Origin: a virus
DNA length: 64,000 bases
IMG/VR virus record: IMGVR_UViG_3300027736_000026
Coordinates: 32,001-96,000 of that record
Strand: one strand, 5' to 3'
In this document: positions 1 through 10,218 of the stretch, piece by piece
Numbering within the stretch: the stretch's first letter is position 1
Layout of the letters: each line of letters opens with the position of its first letter
The notes under the pieces: model-generated
What the model was told of the DNA's origin: nothing
Databases searched by the model: none
What the model saw: the letters and a program-made list of their open reading frames with translations, nothing else
Translations under genes and position numbers: made by a program

Positions 1-3000
1 GTCATAATCGCTATCAGTAGATCCATTTAAATTTCCTGAATTTTCTAAAGCCCAAGTAATTGATTTTGGAGACATCCCTGATGCTCCAGTAAAATAAGAT
101 AGTCCAGTTACGTTTAATCCAGAAGCCATTACTGGCGCTAATCCAGTAATCCTAATAGAATCATAATATTGACCAGTGATTAAGTTGCCGCTTCCTATAA
201 TAAAAGAATTAGTTAATGGTTTCCTGTATTCATTATAATCGTTACTTGTTGTAACTGCTCCATTAATACTAGGATCTAAATTGTATTTAGGAGAAAGGAT
301 AGTTAGCTTATAGTTTTGTCCTCCAGAAAAATTGAAATCAAGTTTTCGATCTAAAGTTAATGTCCCAGTGGTAACGTTTGCATCTCCAGAAATGTCAATA
401 TAATTTAAGCGTCCGCCTACTGTTTTATATTTTTTATTGTAATCATGGACTTTAATTACGTCTCCGGGTTTTAGATAGACGCACTCTGGACCTGCTTCAA
501 AAGAAACGGTTTCTGTTTCATTATATTCTGAGGCCAATAACCATCTGCCTAATCTTTGAGCTTGCCCTCTGCTTGTACATCCAAAAGCGGTTAATTCAGT
601 TTCTTTAAACCCAAATTTCCTAACTGCTTCTATGTTCTCTACATATTCTACTGCTGGCTTATAAAGGTTATTCTTGTCAACGTATCTAACGTAAACAGCA
701 GAATTCCTATCTTTTAGAGAAGTAGATTCATAATTAAAATTACCATCTATAACATTAGAATTTGTAAACGAATAAACAGGGGTCTCTTCTGGCATGTCAT
801 TTATTGCATAAATAAATCCATTAGAATAATAAAACATACCTCTAAATATCGAAGCCATATCAGCCAATACTTTAAGAGCATCTTCTTGAGATTGGATATA
901 AAGATTACAAGAGAATCTTGGCTCTACTCCTCCAAATCCGTCAGATACCAATTGATCGCAGTATTTCGCTATTTGATATAAAGACCACTTGTCTACATCA
1001 GTAGTCGTTACATGATTTCCTGCGCCATATCTCTTGTTGGTCAAAAGGTCAAAGAAGCACCAAGCTGGATTATCAGTCCATTCTTTGTTTGTTTTAAAAG
1101 TGCCATCCCAATAATCGCTTGAAGTCTCATAAGGGGTTACTCCTTGTGGGGCGTATATGATTTGTTTCTTTGGTAGGCCTTCTGTAAAAATAGTTTTTGT
1201 ATAAGCTTTGCTAAGTGACGCTCTATCGAATTCTATTTGGTTTACTCTAATAGAGTCTGCATTTCCTAGTATTTTACCACCAAAAGAAGTGGCGCTTTTG
1301 TCTGTAAATATTTCTATTTGAGAATTATTGTTAATAAAAGAAGCAGGGATGAATGGGCCAGACTTTAATCCATCAGTGTAATTTGGCGCAGTGCCAAAGA
1401 GATAGATTTCATCTTGCCTTACTGGTAAAAGTACGCTGCTTTGCGTGGAGGATAAAGTTATGTTATTAGAGTCGAAAGTAGCGTCTACATCTTTTTTATT
1501 GTATGCTTCTAATGATTGATTTAAGCCTATTATATTGTAAACAAATATAGACATATTTCTAGAATAATTGTAAGTGGAATTATATACGCATATTGCATAT
1601 CCGGGTATGAGAGTAGGGACGTTCGGAGCTATAACCATTGGTCTAACATTGTGACCTACACAAAGTGTCTGATAAGCTTCATAGTCAGCAATATTAATAT
1701 TACATCTTATTTGAGTGTTAAAATCAGTTAAAATATTAATCTCTGCATTTAAAATATCAGGAAAAAAATCGTTAGCAGGGATGCGATCAAAATTTACGCT
1801 ACTTGCTACCGCATTAAGAGAACTTGTAAAAAATTGCATGCCGATAGTTTTCATGCATGTATTAGGAAGATTAGATACTTCGCCATAAGTATCATCTTCT
1901 CTAAAGGTAATATTTGAGACTAAAGATACTGGATCGTATCGTTTTCCATTAAAAAATCCATACTTAGTCGCAATTTCATAAAGTTTATTAGTGCTAATGC
2001 CATTTTGAGAAACTTCAGCCGCTCCGGGTTTGAAATTAATAGTAGGTTTTACTAATTTTGGAAGGATATAAATGCTAAAACGTTTAAAATCATTTTTCAA
2101 CACTGCCGGAGAATAATTAGTAGTATCTAGTAATTTTGTTATTGTGTAGTTTTTATTTGGAGTAATGATAGTAAGAATAAGAGAAGCTTGAGCGCCAAGT
2201 AGTTTAATAGAAAGATTAAATTGATTATCTCTATGTATTAAAGAATATGTGCCATCAACAATATCTGATTTTAATTTTAAGAAAAAGTCGCAATAAAAAC
2301 TACAAAATCCTTGTTCTCTTAAATAAAATTTTCTATCAGAATTTGTTCCGTCCCAATATCTTTGAGGAATTAAATCGAATTGATATGAGTCAGCAGATTG
2401 CCCTTCTGTGCTGTATCCTTTGCTCTTTTGGCCATTTGCACAAATAGTCTTTAAAGGCACTTTCAAATAAGTAGTTGCTCCTACTGTTAAAGAATTGTCA
2501 TTAAGATATTTCGTTGAAGTTGAATAAGTAGTGGCACTATTTTTTGTTACATTCCATTTGTTATTTAACCAGTTCCTTACTTTAATTGCTTCTGTTTTCG
2601 ATAAAGCTCTATTGTAAATTAGAATTTCAAAAACAGTACAATCGCTAGGTTCTCTAACGTTTATAGCTAATCCTTGTGGTGCAGTTGATTTAAAAGTTGG
2701 TTTGGCATAATAAATAGAATTTTGCCAAAATATATTTACATCTTTGGTATCTCTAATCACTGCGCCAGCAATATAAGTATTAGAATCACTTGAAGTGAGC
2801 CAGTAATTTGAAGAATTGAAATTGCCATCGTTGTTGCCCATTGGGCCATAAACCCAAGACCCGAAAAGGAAAGCTTTATTGTAATTACCCCAGTTTCCGA
2901 GCGTCCAGTTGGTGTTAGTATATCCTTGTAAAATTCTCTTTCTTGTGCCAGAAGTTGATGAAGCGCCCCATTTAGACACTACAAAAATAGTGCAGTTGCC

Positions 3001-4614
3001 GTTTGCATCAGCAAAAAATTTATCTCCATCTAAAAAAGTAGCAGTTTGAGCGCTGGTAAAACTTACTCCAAAAGAACCATTTGGACTGGTCTCCCCAGCT
3101 TTGCCATAAGTGGGCTTGCTCGCTGATAAAGTGCAAGTCAAATTGCCAGCAACTCTATTTGCCCATGCAGTTACTGGTGTGGTCGCTCCACCATTTGTTG
3201 TATTCCCTGCATCAAATTGACCAATCAATTCTGCTGTAATAGGGGGGTTGATATTATCTGAATTGGTATAAGCATTATTTTCTCCGACGTAATAATCTAT
3301 AATTTCTGGCTTTATAGTTTGGGAGTAAGAGATCGTTTGATTAATTGTTAAAGTATTCGTTTCTCCATAAGTTTTAGTAAGAGGGTCATAGTTTTGAGGG
3401 ACTTTAACTTTTAACAGCTTTACGTCGTAAGTCCTTTCCGGTATTTTTGAAAAGTACGCAGCATTAAATCTAGAAGTTATGATTGCAGAATTTGGATATC
3501 GGAAAGAAGAAGAATATATTTCAGTAATGCTTTCTAAGCTGATAAACGAACTTCTTGAAGAGAATGTATCTTCTGGGGTGATTTTTATAATCGAAACATC
3601 CCAACCTAACCAGTTTTCGTTTTGATTTAAAGCAGAAAAAGAACTAGACATATCAAGCGTAATTTGTTTTACATAGCCTTGAGTGACTTTGCCTTTACAT
3701 TCCACCTCTATAAATAAAGGTAATTGCATGGCATCTTGCTGTACTATTATTAAATTTTTATCATCGTTTATTACTTTAGGGGTCGAAGACACCATGTCTA
3801 AACTAGGGAGACCGGAATTCGCTCCTTCTTTATATATTGGAGTTGCTCTAATTCTGATTTTAAATTTATTATAAATTACAGATCCTACGCCAGCCTTAAT
3901 TGTAGATTGATTATTTTCTGCTTGGCGGTCAGTAGAGCTAAGTTTAAAAGTGTTGTCTGTCGTGTCTACTCCTGCTACGCCATCAATAGTTATTTTATTG
4001 TCAACAATTGCTTTGCCGTCTTGGTATTTTAAACTTATATATAAGCTAGACACTCTAAAGCTTAGGCTAATTTTTCTACATTCTTTATTTAGTATCCGAT
4101 ATGTCCTTTGATAATCAGAGACTTCGTCTTCGGTTAATGCTAGTTGATTTGGCCCTCTTAGTCTTTCTCCAACAGATCTTATATAAGAAACGTTATCGAA
4201 CCCTCCGCCTAACGCTGTTCCCGCTGGTTCACCTTTTGTTACATTAACATCTATTTGTTGAAAGTTGTACTTATCTTGAGTATCTAATAAGGGGTTTGCG
4301 TTCCATTGGATGGATCGTAAATACTTAGATTCAGTAGTGTCTCCAACAACTAAAGGGTATTCGTTATAAACAATTTCAGTAAAACCTAAATCTCCAACTC
4401 TTCCTTTATAAAGATATTGTCCTTCAACTAAACCTTCAATTGGCCCTTCTGACAATAGATCTTTTACTTTGGCAAACTGATAGACGTTATAGCTTTGGCC
4501 TCCATAAACAAACCCCTCTAAGTCTTCATAAGCAGCAGTCGGTTGCGCTGCTTGAGAGCCTCCCCCTTTTCCTCCAAAGCCTTTTATGTATTTAAAATCT
4601 TCAAGATTGTTCAT
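1..4614 (-). CDS. Tail tip / host-specificity protein J (lambda gpJ-like); 3' end runs off the window; carries a ~750-aa internal insertion
   Basis: Not in the ORF track because it has no stop inside the window. Hand translation from ATG 4614 gives MNNLEDFKYIKGFGGKGGG..DLLSEGPIEGLV..YPNSA..KIPERTYDVK..VPQNYDP..WDGTFK..WTDNPAWCFFDLLTNKRYG..EPRFSCN..AFGCTSRGQAQRLGRW. The segments checked at 4614, 3370, 1110 and 1 share one frame. Confidence 0.92.
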   Translation of the reverse strand, partial: MNNLEDFKYIKGFGGKGGGSQAAQPTAAYEDLEGFVYGGQSYNVYQFAKVKDLLSEGPIEGLVEGQYLYKGRVGDLGFTEIVYNEYPLVVGDTTESKYLRSIQWNANPLLDTQDKYNFQQIDVNVTKGEPAGTALGGGFDNVSYIRSVGERLRGPNQLALTEDEVSDYQRTYRILNKECRKISLSFRVSSLYISLKYQDGKAIVDNKITIDGVAGVDTTDNTFKLSSTDRQAENNQSTIKAGVGSVIYNKFKIRIRATPIYKEGANSGLPSLDMVSSTPKVINDDKNLIIVQQDAMQLPLFIEVECKGKVTQGYVKQITLDMSSSFSALNQNENWLGWDVSIIKITPEDTFSSRSSFISLESITEIYSSSFRYPNSAIITSRFNAAYFSKIPERTYDVKLLKVKVPQNYDPLTKTYGETNTLTINQTISYSQTIKPEIIDYYVGENNAYTNSDNINPPITAELIGQFDAGNTTNGGATTPVTAWANRVAGNLTCTLSASKPTYGKAGETSPNGSFGVSFTSAQTATFLDGDKFFADANGNCTIFVVSKWGASSTSGTRKRILQGYTNTNWTLGNWGNYNKAFLFGSWVYGPMGNNDGNFNSSNYWLTSSDSNTYIAGAVIRDTKDVNIFWQNSIYYAKPTFKSTAPQGLAINVREPSDCTVFEILIYNRALSKTEAIKVRNWLNNKWNVTKNSATTYSTSTKYLNDNSLTVGATTYLKVPLKTICANGQKSKGYSTEGQSADSYQFDLIPQRYWDGTNSDRKFYLREQGFCSFYCDFFLKLKSDIVDGTYSLIHRDNQFNLSIKLLGAQASLILTIITPNKNYTITKLLDTTNYSPAVLKNDFKRFSIYILPKLVKPTINFKPGAAEVSQNGISTNKLYEIATKYGFFNGKRYDPVSLVSNITFREDDTYGEVSNLPNTCMKTIGMQFFTSSLNAVASSVNFDRIPANDFFPDILNAEINILTDFNTQIRCNINIADYEAYQTLCVGHNVRPMVIAPNVPTLIPGYAICVYNSTYNYSRNMSIFVYNIIGLNQSLEAYNKKDVDATFDSNNITLSSTQSSVLLPVRQDEIYLFGTAPNYTDGLKSGPFIPASFINNNSQIEIFTDKSATSFGGKILGNADSIRVNQIEFDRASLSKAYTKTIFTEGLPKKQIIYAPQGVTPYETSSDYWDGTFKTNKEWTDNPAWCFFDLLTNKRYGAGNHVTTTDVDKWSLYQIAKYCDQLVSDGFGGVEPRFSCNLYIQSQEDALKVLADMASIFRGMFYYSNGFIYAINDMPEETPVYSFTNSNVIDGNFNYESTSLKDRNSAVYVRYVDKNNLYKPAVEYVENIEAVRKFGFKETELTAFGCTSRGQAQRLGRWLLASEYNETETVSFEAGPECVYLKPGDVIKVHDYNKKYKTVGGRLNYIDISGDANVTTGTLTLDRKLDFNFSGGQNYKLTILSPKYNLDPSINGAVTTSNDYNEYRKPLTNSFIIGSGNLITGQYYDSIRITGLAPVMASGLNVTGLSYFTGASGMSPKSITWALENSGNLNGSTDSDYD

Positions 4615-4616
4615 TT

Positions 4617-5348
4617 TTATATATTATAAATTTCGTTTTTAACGTCTTTAGCGGTTGACTTAACATCAAGTTCAACATTATTCATTGATATCTCAACTGT
4701 TTGAGAGCCTATCCTCATCCTCCCATATCCAACTGGCACAGGGCCACCTTCTCCAAGAATGTTAGAAGGGCCATCAAATAAGTAGCTAGGTTTACCGCCT
4801 CCGTTATCTATTTTCCTAAAATCATCAAATTTTGGAGGAGACATCATCAATAAAGTGACACCAGTTACGGCCAAGCCAATGCCTGCTCCAATTAACGCAG
4901 CAGAAAGAACAGTGGCAGCAGTTGATGATGCAGCAATGCCCAACATAGCGACTCCTCCTGCGGCTCCAATGCCTGATGCAATTAATAAAACACCAAGCAC
5001 TAAAGCTAAAACTCCTTTTGTTGTGCTATCGCCACCACCGCCAGCACCTTTGATAATTGGAACAATGTCTAAAGTTTCTAATTTTTCATTAATCATTACT
5101 AATTCAGAATTGACAATAGACTCTGGCATTTCTAGAGAAATATTTTCTGGATTTATTATTTCTCTTTTATTGACTAGTACTTTATATTCTACGCTTTTTT
5201 CTGCGGCTCCAATTAGATATTTTAACAATTTACCCTTAGACAATACTTGAATAGCTCGTAAGGCTTCCTTTATGGAAGTTACGTTTAAGCTCCAATTCTC
5301 TCTGCCTACCTGTTCTGCTATTTCACCGTGTAAAGTTATGTTAGTCAT
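4617..5348 (-). CDS. Tail assembly protein I (lambda gpI-like, ubiquitin-like fold)
   Basis: ITLHGEIA..IVPIIKGAGG, Gly/Ala hydrophobic stretch, SYLFDGPSN..GGPVPVGYGR; lies between K and J. Confidence 0.88.
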   Translation of the reverse strand: MTNITLHGEIAEQVGRENWSLNVTSIKEALRAIQVLSKGKLLKYLIGAAEKSVEYKVLVNKREIINPENISLEMPESIVNSELVMINEKLETLDIVPIIKGAGGGGDSTTKGVLALVLGVLLIASGIGAAGGVAMLGIAASSTAATVLSAALIGAGIGLAVTGVTLLMMSPPKFDDFRKIDNGGGKPSYLFDGPSNILGEGGPVPVGYGRMRIGSQTVEISMNNVELDVKSTAKDVKNEIYNI

Positions 5349-6087
5349 AGAGGTTGTTTCTCATTATATAAATTACCCATTTTTTATATCTATTAGAAAG
5401 TCTTTCGGTAATAGAGATTCCGTCTCCCGGATGATGTAAGATCGTGTCTTTACCTAAATAAACCGCACAATGAATAGGAAAATTGAATTTCTCTGTTCTC
5501 ATTATTAGGACATCGTTTTTCTTTAAGTCGTAAACCTGCCTAAAATTATTATACTCAAAATATTTTTTTAAATAATTGTCTTTATTTTTTAAAGATTCTG
5601 CTTCATCAATGAATCTTTTGCTCGCCATTTCATTAAATTCTTCTTCAGAAACATTACTTTTAAGAGCTTCTAATTCTGGGCAAAGATGGATGTTTAAATC
5701 ATGGCAGTAATAATCTTTTACTAGCCACAAGCAATCAGCAAACCCCAAAAGGAAAGGCCTTCCTGTGTACTGAATTTTATAACTATTTGGATTATAGATG
5801 TAGAAAGATCCGCTTTGCTTATTGTAAATAATACAGGCTAAACCAAGCCTTTCCGAAACAATCTTGTCCGCTTCTGAAATAGCATCAAAATTAATATGAG
5901 AATGATAATATGCAGCAATGCCAGACTGACCATTCAAATCCATCATGAACTCAGTAGCAGAATTAATTAGATTTTCTTTTTTTTCAATCGCTAATCCGCC
6001 ATCTGTGCGTACTAAAAATCCACACACTTCATTATTGGAAGTATTAGCGTGTTCAATGATCTGATTTTTTATTTCTTCTGTTAACAT
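5341..6087 (-). CDS. Tail assembly protein K paralogue 2 (JAB/Mov34 + NlpC/P60)
   Basis: EVCG..YHSH..SEAD JAMM motif; DC..HCAVYLG..ILHH NlpC/P60 motif. Confidence 0.85.
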   Translation of the reverse strand: MLTEEIKNQIIEHANTSNNEVCGFLVRTDGGLAIEKKENLINSATEFMMDLNGQSGIAAYYHSHINFDAISEADKIVSERLGLACIIYNKQSGSFYIYNPNSYKIQYTGRPFLLGFADCLWLVKDYYCHDLNIHLCPELEALKSNVSEEEFNEMASKRFIDEAESLKNKDNYLKKYFEYNNFRQVYDLKKNDVLIMRTEKFNFPIHCAVYLGKDTILHHPGDGISITERLSNRYKKWVIYIMRNNLYD

Positions 6088-6839
6088 AATTCCTTGCTCC
6101 TTGCGAAACAGTATATTCTTCTTTTTTCTGCGTCTGTTAGTTTTTCAATAATTGATTTTTTATTTCTTGGCTGGTGTAAAATATAATTTTGTCCAAGGTA
6201 AATACCAAAGTGAGAAGGGTAATTCTCTAAATATTTAAATACTATAATGTCATGTTTCTTAGCGTTTTCTATGCCTTCGACTTTAATGAAATTCTCTTTT
6301 TCGAAAAACTTGTCAAAATTTTGTGATTCACAAAACTCTGCTAATTTATTTTTTACAAACTCTGGATAGTCTTTATCCCAATCTGCTGTTCTTCCATAAT
6401 GGAAAATCTTAATGCCAAATTCTTCATTGTAATAGTTTTCTACTATTGATAAGCAGTCAGATACCCCAATCACAAAGTCTTTATCAATGTATTTATTGTA
6501 GTAATTTTCTGGAGAATATTCTTCAAAAGAATCCCTTTTCAGTATATAAACTATGTTTTTTATGTTAAGCTTGTAGCTTATCTGCTTATCTAACTCTGAA
6601 AAAGAATTATCTTGTATACAATGAGAGTGATAAATACCAACAATTTTGCCATTCATTGCTGCTTTTAAGTAGTCTAGCTGACATACAACAAATTCATTTT
6701 CTTTATCTTGAGCGATATTCCTACAAGCGAAAGCCTCTAGTGCGTTCTTTTTATTTAAAAGCAAAAGGCCGCAACATTCATCTGGGTTTTCCTTTAATGA
6801 ATGCGCTTTTATTTTAGCTTTTATCTCATCTGAAATCAT
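6081..6839 (-). CDS. Tail assembly protein K paralogue 1 (JAB/Mov34 + NlpC/P60)
   Basis: ECCG..YHSH..SELD; DC..HFGIYLG..ILHQ. Confidence 0.87.
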   Translation of the reverse strand: MISDEIKAKIKAHSLKENPDECCGLLLLNKKNALEAFACRNIAQDKENEFVVCQLDYLKAAMNGKIVGIYHSHCIQDNSFSELDKQISYKLNIKNIVYILKRDSFEEYSPENYYNKYIDKDFVIGVSDCLSIVENYYNEEFGIKIFHYGRTADWDKDYPEFVKNKLAEFCESQNFDKFFEKENFIKVEGIENAKKHDIIVFKYLENYPSHFGIYLGQNYILHQPRNKKSIIEKLTDAEKRRIYCFARSKELC

Positions 6840-7963
6840 TACATCGCCCCTCTATTGTAATTAGATACTCCATAAAATCCTCCAAAAGGTAAAGGATTTT
6901 CTCCAAATCTAATTTTACATCCTTTAATGCTTTTAGAGCATTGATCTGCTAGCCAATATTGTCCATTAGGAGGAGGTGTATTAATTGGGACAAGTGATTT
7001 TGCGACGAAATAAAAATTTATATCTTTTTTAGTTATAAAAACTACTTTTCCTTTGACATACTCCGTTGATGATCCCCATTCGCTAGGAGCATTTGCTGCG
7101 ATAGTAAGATCGGAAAATAAAGCCATTTTTTGAATTACTTGATCATCTTCTGTGCCGCAAACTGGTGCTGATACTCCACTTGAATCGCTTTGATTTGATA
7201 TTGGGGTAGTTGTCCCGTGAATGTCTGTATTTAATCTATCTTTATATTCATACAAACATCCTTCTCCCCTGTATTGCCAAGGACAAATATAACTTAAAAC
7301 TCTCCTTTTGGGAAGCTTCACTCTATCTAAGTCTATTATGCTTGATAATTCAAACTGAATGCTATTTCGATTTTCAGAAGATTTTCTATCAAAGTAATAG
7401 ATGTCTCTAGGAAATTCGCAATTAGGATCAGGGTCAAATCCATCTGGTATGATTAATTTATCTGGAGATAGCGCAGAAGTGCCGTCGTTTTGATAAAAGT
7501 TGCTCCTGTCAAGAAACTTAGCGAATGTTCTAATTCTTGTGAACTTCGCACCAATCAAGTCGCCAAAATTAATAGTTCCCCTAAATAAAGAAAAGACATC
7601 AAGCATATCATCAGAAAAACTAATCTGCACTTTCGGTTTTGGGAACACACCTCTAGAAGCTATCTCAAATCCCTCAGTTGAAAGAGGTGCTGGTAAATAA
7701 GCATCGCCTTTCCAATAAATAATATTTCTGCCTAATTTAAGATTATTATGCAATCTAATAACGCTATAATTAAATATCCCGCTTTTTGTTCCGGGTAAAG
7801 TCAATTGAAAATTCCTTAGATTAATTACAAATTGAGAAGCATTTGTTACTCCAAGATTGGTTAAGTCAATTTCAAATAAAGAAATAATCGAAGAAGGTTC
7901 AAGAGAGAAAAATTCTTTATTTACTTTTAAAGATGCGTTTTTAATTTCTTGTTGAGTGGCCAT
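6839..7963 (-). CDS. Minor tail protein L (lambda gpL-like)
   Basis: RIRTFAKFLD, FELSS..LPKR, CPWQYRGEGC...CSKSIKGCKIRF (four Fe-S cysteines), LPFGGF. Confidence 0.9.
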   Translation of the reverse strand: MATQQEIKNASLKVNKEFFSLEPSSIISLFEIDLTNLGVTNASQFVINLRNFQLTLPGTKSGIFNYSVIRLHNNLKLGRNIIYWKGDAYLPAPLSTEGFEIASRGVFPKPKVQISFSDDMLDVFSLFRGTINFGDLIGAKFTRIRTFAKFLDRSNFYQNDGTSALSPDKLIIPDGFDPDPNCEFPRDIYYFDRKSSENRNSIQFELSSIIDLDRVKLPKRRVLSYICPWQYRGEGCLYEYKDRLNTDIHGTTTPISNQSDSSGVSAPVCGTEDDQVIQKMALFSDLTIAANAPSEWGSSTEYVKGKVVFITKKDINFYFVAKSLVPINTPPPNGQYWLADQCSKSIKGCKIRFGENPLPFGGFYGVSNYNRGAM

Positions 7964-7967
7964 AATC

Positions 7968-8522
7968 TTATGCTGGGACTTCTTCGAAGGTAGTTTTTAT
8001 AGAGAAATTATTAAAGAATGGATTAGATGATCCCCATCTTCTACATACAAATAATTTGGCATCTGTAGCCGCAACTGTATAAGGTGCAGATGGGTAATAA
8101 ATAAAAGCTGTCTTGGCTGACCTTGCGCTAAAGAAATGAAGGATAGCAGTACATTCATCTAAGGTTAACCCGTCAAAATTCAATTCAAAATTGAGAAGAT
8201 TAAAGTTAATTTGATCGCTTACTCTTTTTTCGTATCCATCTCCATATTTTATTACGCTAACTTTGGGTTCAAAATTAGCTTGGGTCTGATAAGACGGTCT
8301 CCAAATGAACAAAGGATAATCTTTTTTAATTACTGGGTGTTGAAAATAACCTCCCCAGTAAGCGTCCGAATTAGATATCACGCTAGAGTAAACTGGTGGA
8401 TTATTCGCGGGCACAGCGGCTTTAGCGTAATAATATCGATTATCTGTGTATACGATAATATCATGCTTATTGTATGCGACAGAATTACTCCATGAACTAA
8501 TATTAAAAATTGAGCTAGACAT
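7968..8522 (-). CDS. Minor tail protein M (lambda gpM-like) with N-terminal CBM5/12-like module
   Basis: FIWRPSY..PKV..KYGDGYEKR..IN..TFEEV; N-terminal W..YNKHDIIVY..YYAK..YW. Confidence 0.85.
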   Translation of the reverse strand: MSSSIFNISSWSNSVAYNKHDIIVYTDNRYYYAKAAVPANNPPVYSSVISNSDAYWGGYFQHPVIKKDYPLFIWRPSYQTQANFEPKVSVIKYGDGYEKRVSDQINFNLLNFELNFDGLTLDECTAILHFFSARSAKTAFIYYPSAPYTVAATDAKLFVCRRWGSSNPFFNNFSIKTTFEEVPA

Positions 8523-8548
8523 ACCTTTTACCTTTTACCAACTTATTA

Positions 8549-8566
8549 TTACACTTTTTTGTGTAA
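8549..8566. promoter_or_regulatory. Back-to-back GTGTAA motifs (TTACAC-TTTTTT-GTGTAA); putative bidirectional phage late promoter
   Basis: Inverted repeat in the 57-bp gap between two divergent structural operons; the same hexamer precedes several other genes. Confidence 0.6.
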
Positions 8567-8579
8567 ATATTAAAATAAG

Positions 8580-9398
8580 ATGGCATTCTCTAGAATAAAC
8601 AAGAAAAATTTGGATTTCTACCTGAATCAGAAGCAGATTCATGGTGTTCAGGATATTCAATGCTCTTACAAAATACCAGTTGACCATAACAAGTTCATTG
8701 GTATGAGTAGCAGTACCCATACGCCTCAAGGAGCCAGAATAGGAAGTCTATCTGTAAACAGTTTGCTAACAACAAGTAATGACTTTCTTGCACTAACTGG
8801 TGATGTCGCTAACTATGGGTTCATAACTAAAAAAGCAAATCCTAGTTCCAATATATTATTTGGGTTCCAAGGGTGTTATTTAAATTCTTATTCATGCTCT
8901 GCTCAAATAGATGAAGTGCCTATGGTCAGGGCTTCATTTGATATATTTAATGATGCTGGCACTATCCCTTCTTCGGGCGCTTTTAATTCTTCAAGCGCTG
9001 TTTCTTTAGTTAATTCTAATACTATTGATATAGGTATAGCAGATTTTGCTACAAACAGAGTATCTTCTTTTAATTTAACAATAAATACTCCGAGATATCC
9101 AGTCTATTATATAGGAAGTGCAACTCCTTTTTCTGTTACAACTGACTATCCAATCGGAGTAGAATGTGATTTTACTATTTCTCAAGATAGCTATACTCTT
9201 CAAAAACTATCTACTTTAAGCTTTGATCTGAAAAGTTCCAATAACTTTTATATAAATACTAAAGATTTTAATGGAAATGCTGTTAATTTTAACTTTGCTA
9301 ATGCGTTATCTTATTTTATTGATGTTTCCGAAGACTTCTCTGCTAGTGTAAATTCTGCTGTAGAGGTTGTGGTAAAGTACAAGGGGTTTTTTAAATAA
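8580..9398 (+). CDS. Tail-tube-like / baseplate-tube-like protein 1
   Basis: Beta-rich; two repeated tube-like units (GVQDIQCSY..FIG and RVSSFNLTINTPRYPVYYIG..YPIGVECDFTI). Confidence 0.55.
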   Translation: MAFSRINKKNLDFYLNQKQIHGVQDIQCSYKIPVDHNKFIGMSSSTHTPQGARIGSLSVNSLLTTSNDFLALTGDVANYGFITKKANPSSNILFGFQGCYLNSYSCSAQIDEVPMVRASFDIFNDAGTIPSSGAFNSSSAVSLVNSNTIDIGIADFATNRVSSFNLTINTPRYPVYYIGSATPFSVTTDYPIGVECDFTISQDSYTLQKLSTLSFDLKSSNNFYINTKDFNGNAVNFNFANALSYFIDVSEDFSASVNSAVEVVVKYKGFFK

Positions 9399-9408
9399 GG
9401 AAAAAGGG

Positions 9409-10218
9409 ATGAAATATTTTAATGAGTGTGACGTATTCGTCAATTCAATTTTTGGATCAGGGCTAATCCAAGCTCAGAATGCTTCTGTTAATGTAAATAG
9501 AAGTATAGATTCTACTTATGCATTTGGAAGGAGAAATGCTTCTCAAATGATCAAAACTAAGGCAGATGAAACAACTGTTGATTTCTCTTATTTTTTGTTT
9601 TCTGCTGATCCTATTTTTAAGTGTTTTGATTACCTAAAAACAGGAGTTTTTATTAATAGCTTTCCAGAGTCTAGAATTCCTATAATTTTGAAAATTGCTG
9701 GTGTTAGCGGGATGTTCTATCCTTCTAGATTTTCTTTAAATATTGTACCAAATTCAAAAATTCAAGCTACGGCTTCTTTCTCTAATTACTCTGATATTTC
9801 GGGATCTTTACTTAGCAAGACAACTTCTAATATATTTAGTAGTGGATCTGGATTGGCGCATTCTTGGAATGTTAGAGTGTCTGGTACTGTGTCAAATACA
9901 GCTTATAATGTGCTTGGTCTTGATTATTCTCTTTCCGTAAATTGGAATCCAATCTATTCCGTGGGTCAAAGAAGGCCAAGACAGATAGACCTTTCGGCAG
10001 GACAAGAAGATTTTAATTTTACGATTGAGGACTTTAATTCTAATTTTTCTAATTCTGTTGTCGCTACAGCAGAAAATGCAAAAGTTAATATCCGCACTTT
10101 CGGAGGTGATTCTATTTTTATTATAGATACGTCTGGAAGTAAAATAGATTCATCTAGCATGACAATTAATGTTGATGAATATGCAGAAAGTAAGATATCA
10201 TTAAAAAGGAGTTTTTAA
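9409..10218 (+). CDS. Tail-tube-like protein 2
   Basis: AQNASVNVNRSIDSTYAFG..VDFSYF and LDYSLSVNWNPIYSVG..P; paralogous to both neighbours. Confidence 0.55.
   Translation: MKYFNECDVFVNSIFGSGLIQAQNASVNVNRSIDSTYAFGRRNASQMIKTKADETTVDFSYFLFSADPIFKCFDYLKTGVFINSFPESRIPIILKIAGVSGMFYPSRFSLNIVPNSKIQATASFSNYSDISGSLLSKTTSNIFSSGSGLAHSWNVRVSGTVSNTAYNVLGLDYSLSVNWNPIYSVGQRRPRQIDLSAGQEDFNFTIEDFNSNFSNSVVATAENAKVNIRTFGGDSIFIIDTSGSKIDSSSMTINVDEYAESKISLKRSF

Noticed and set aside
1-4614. Apparent 4.6-kb coding gap in the ORF track, suggesting stop-codon recoding
   Set aside because: It is one minus-strand gene running off the window; other genes are full length in code 11
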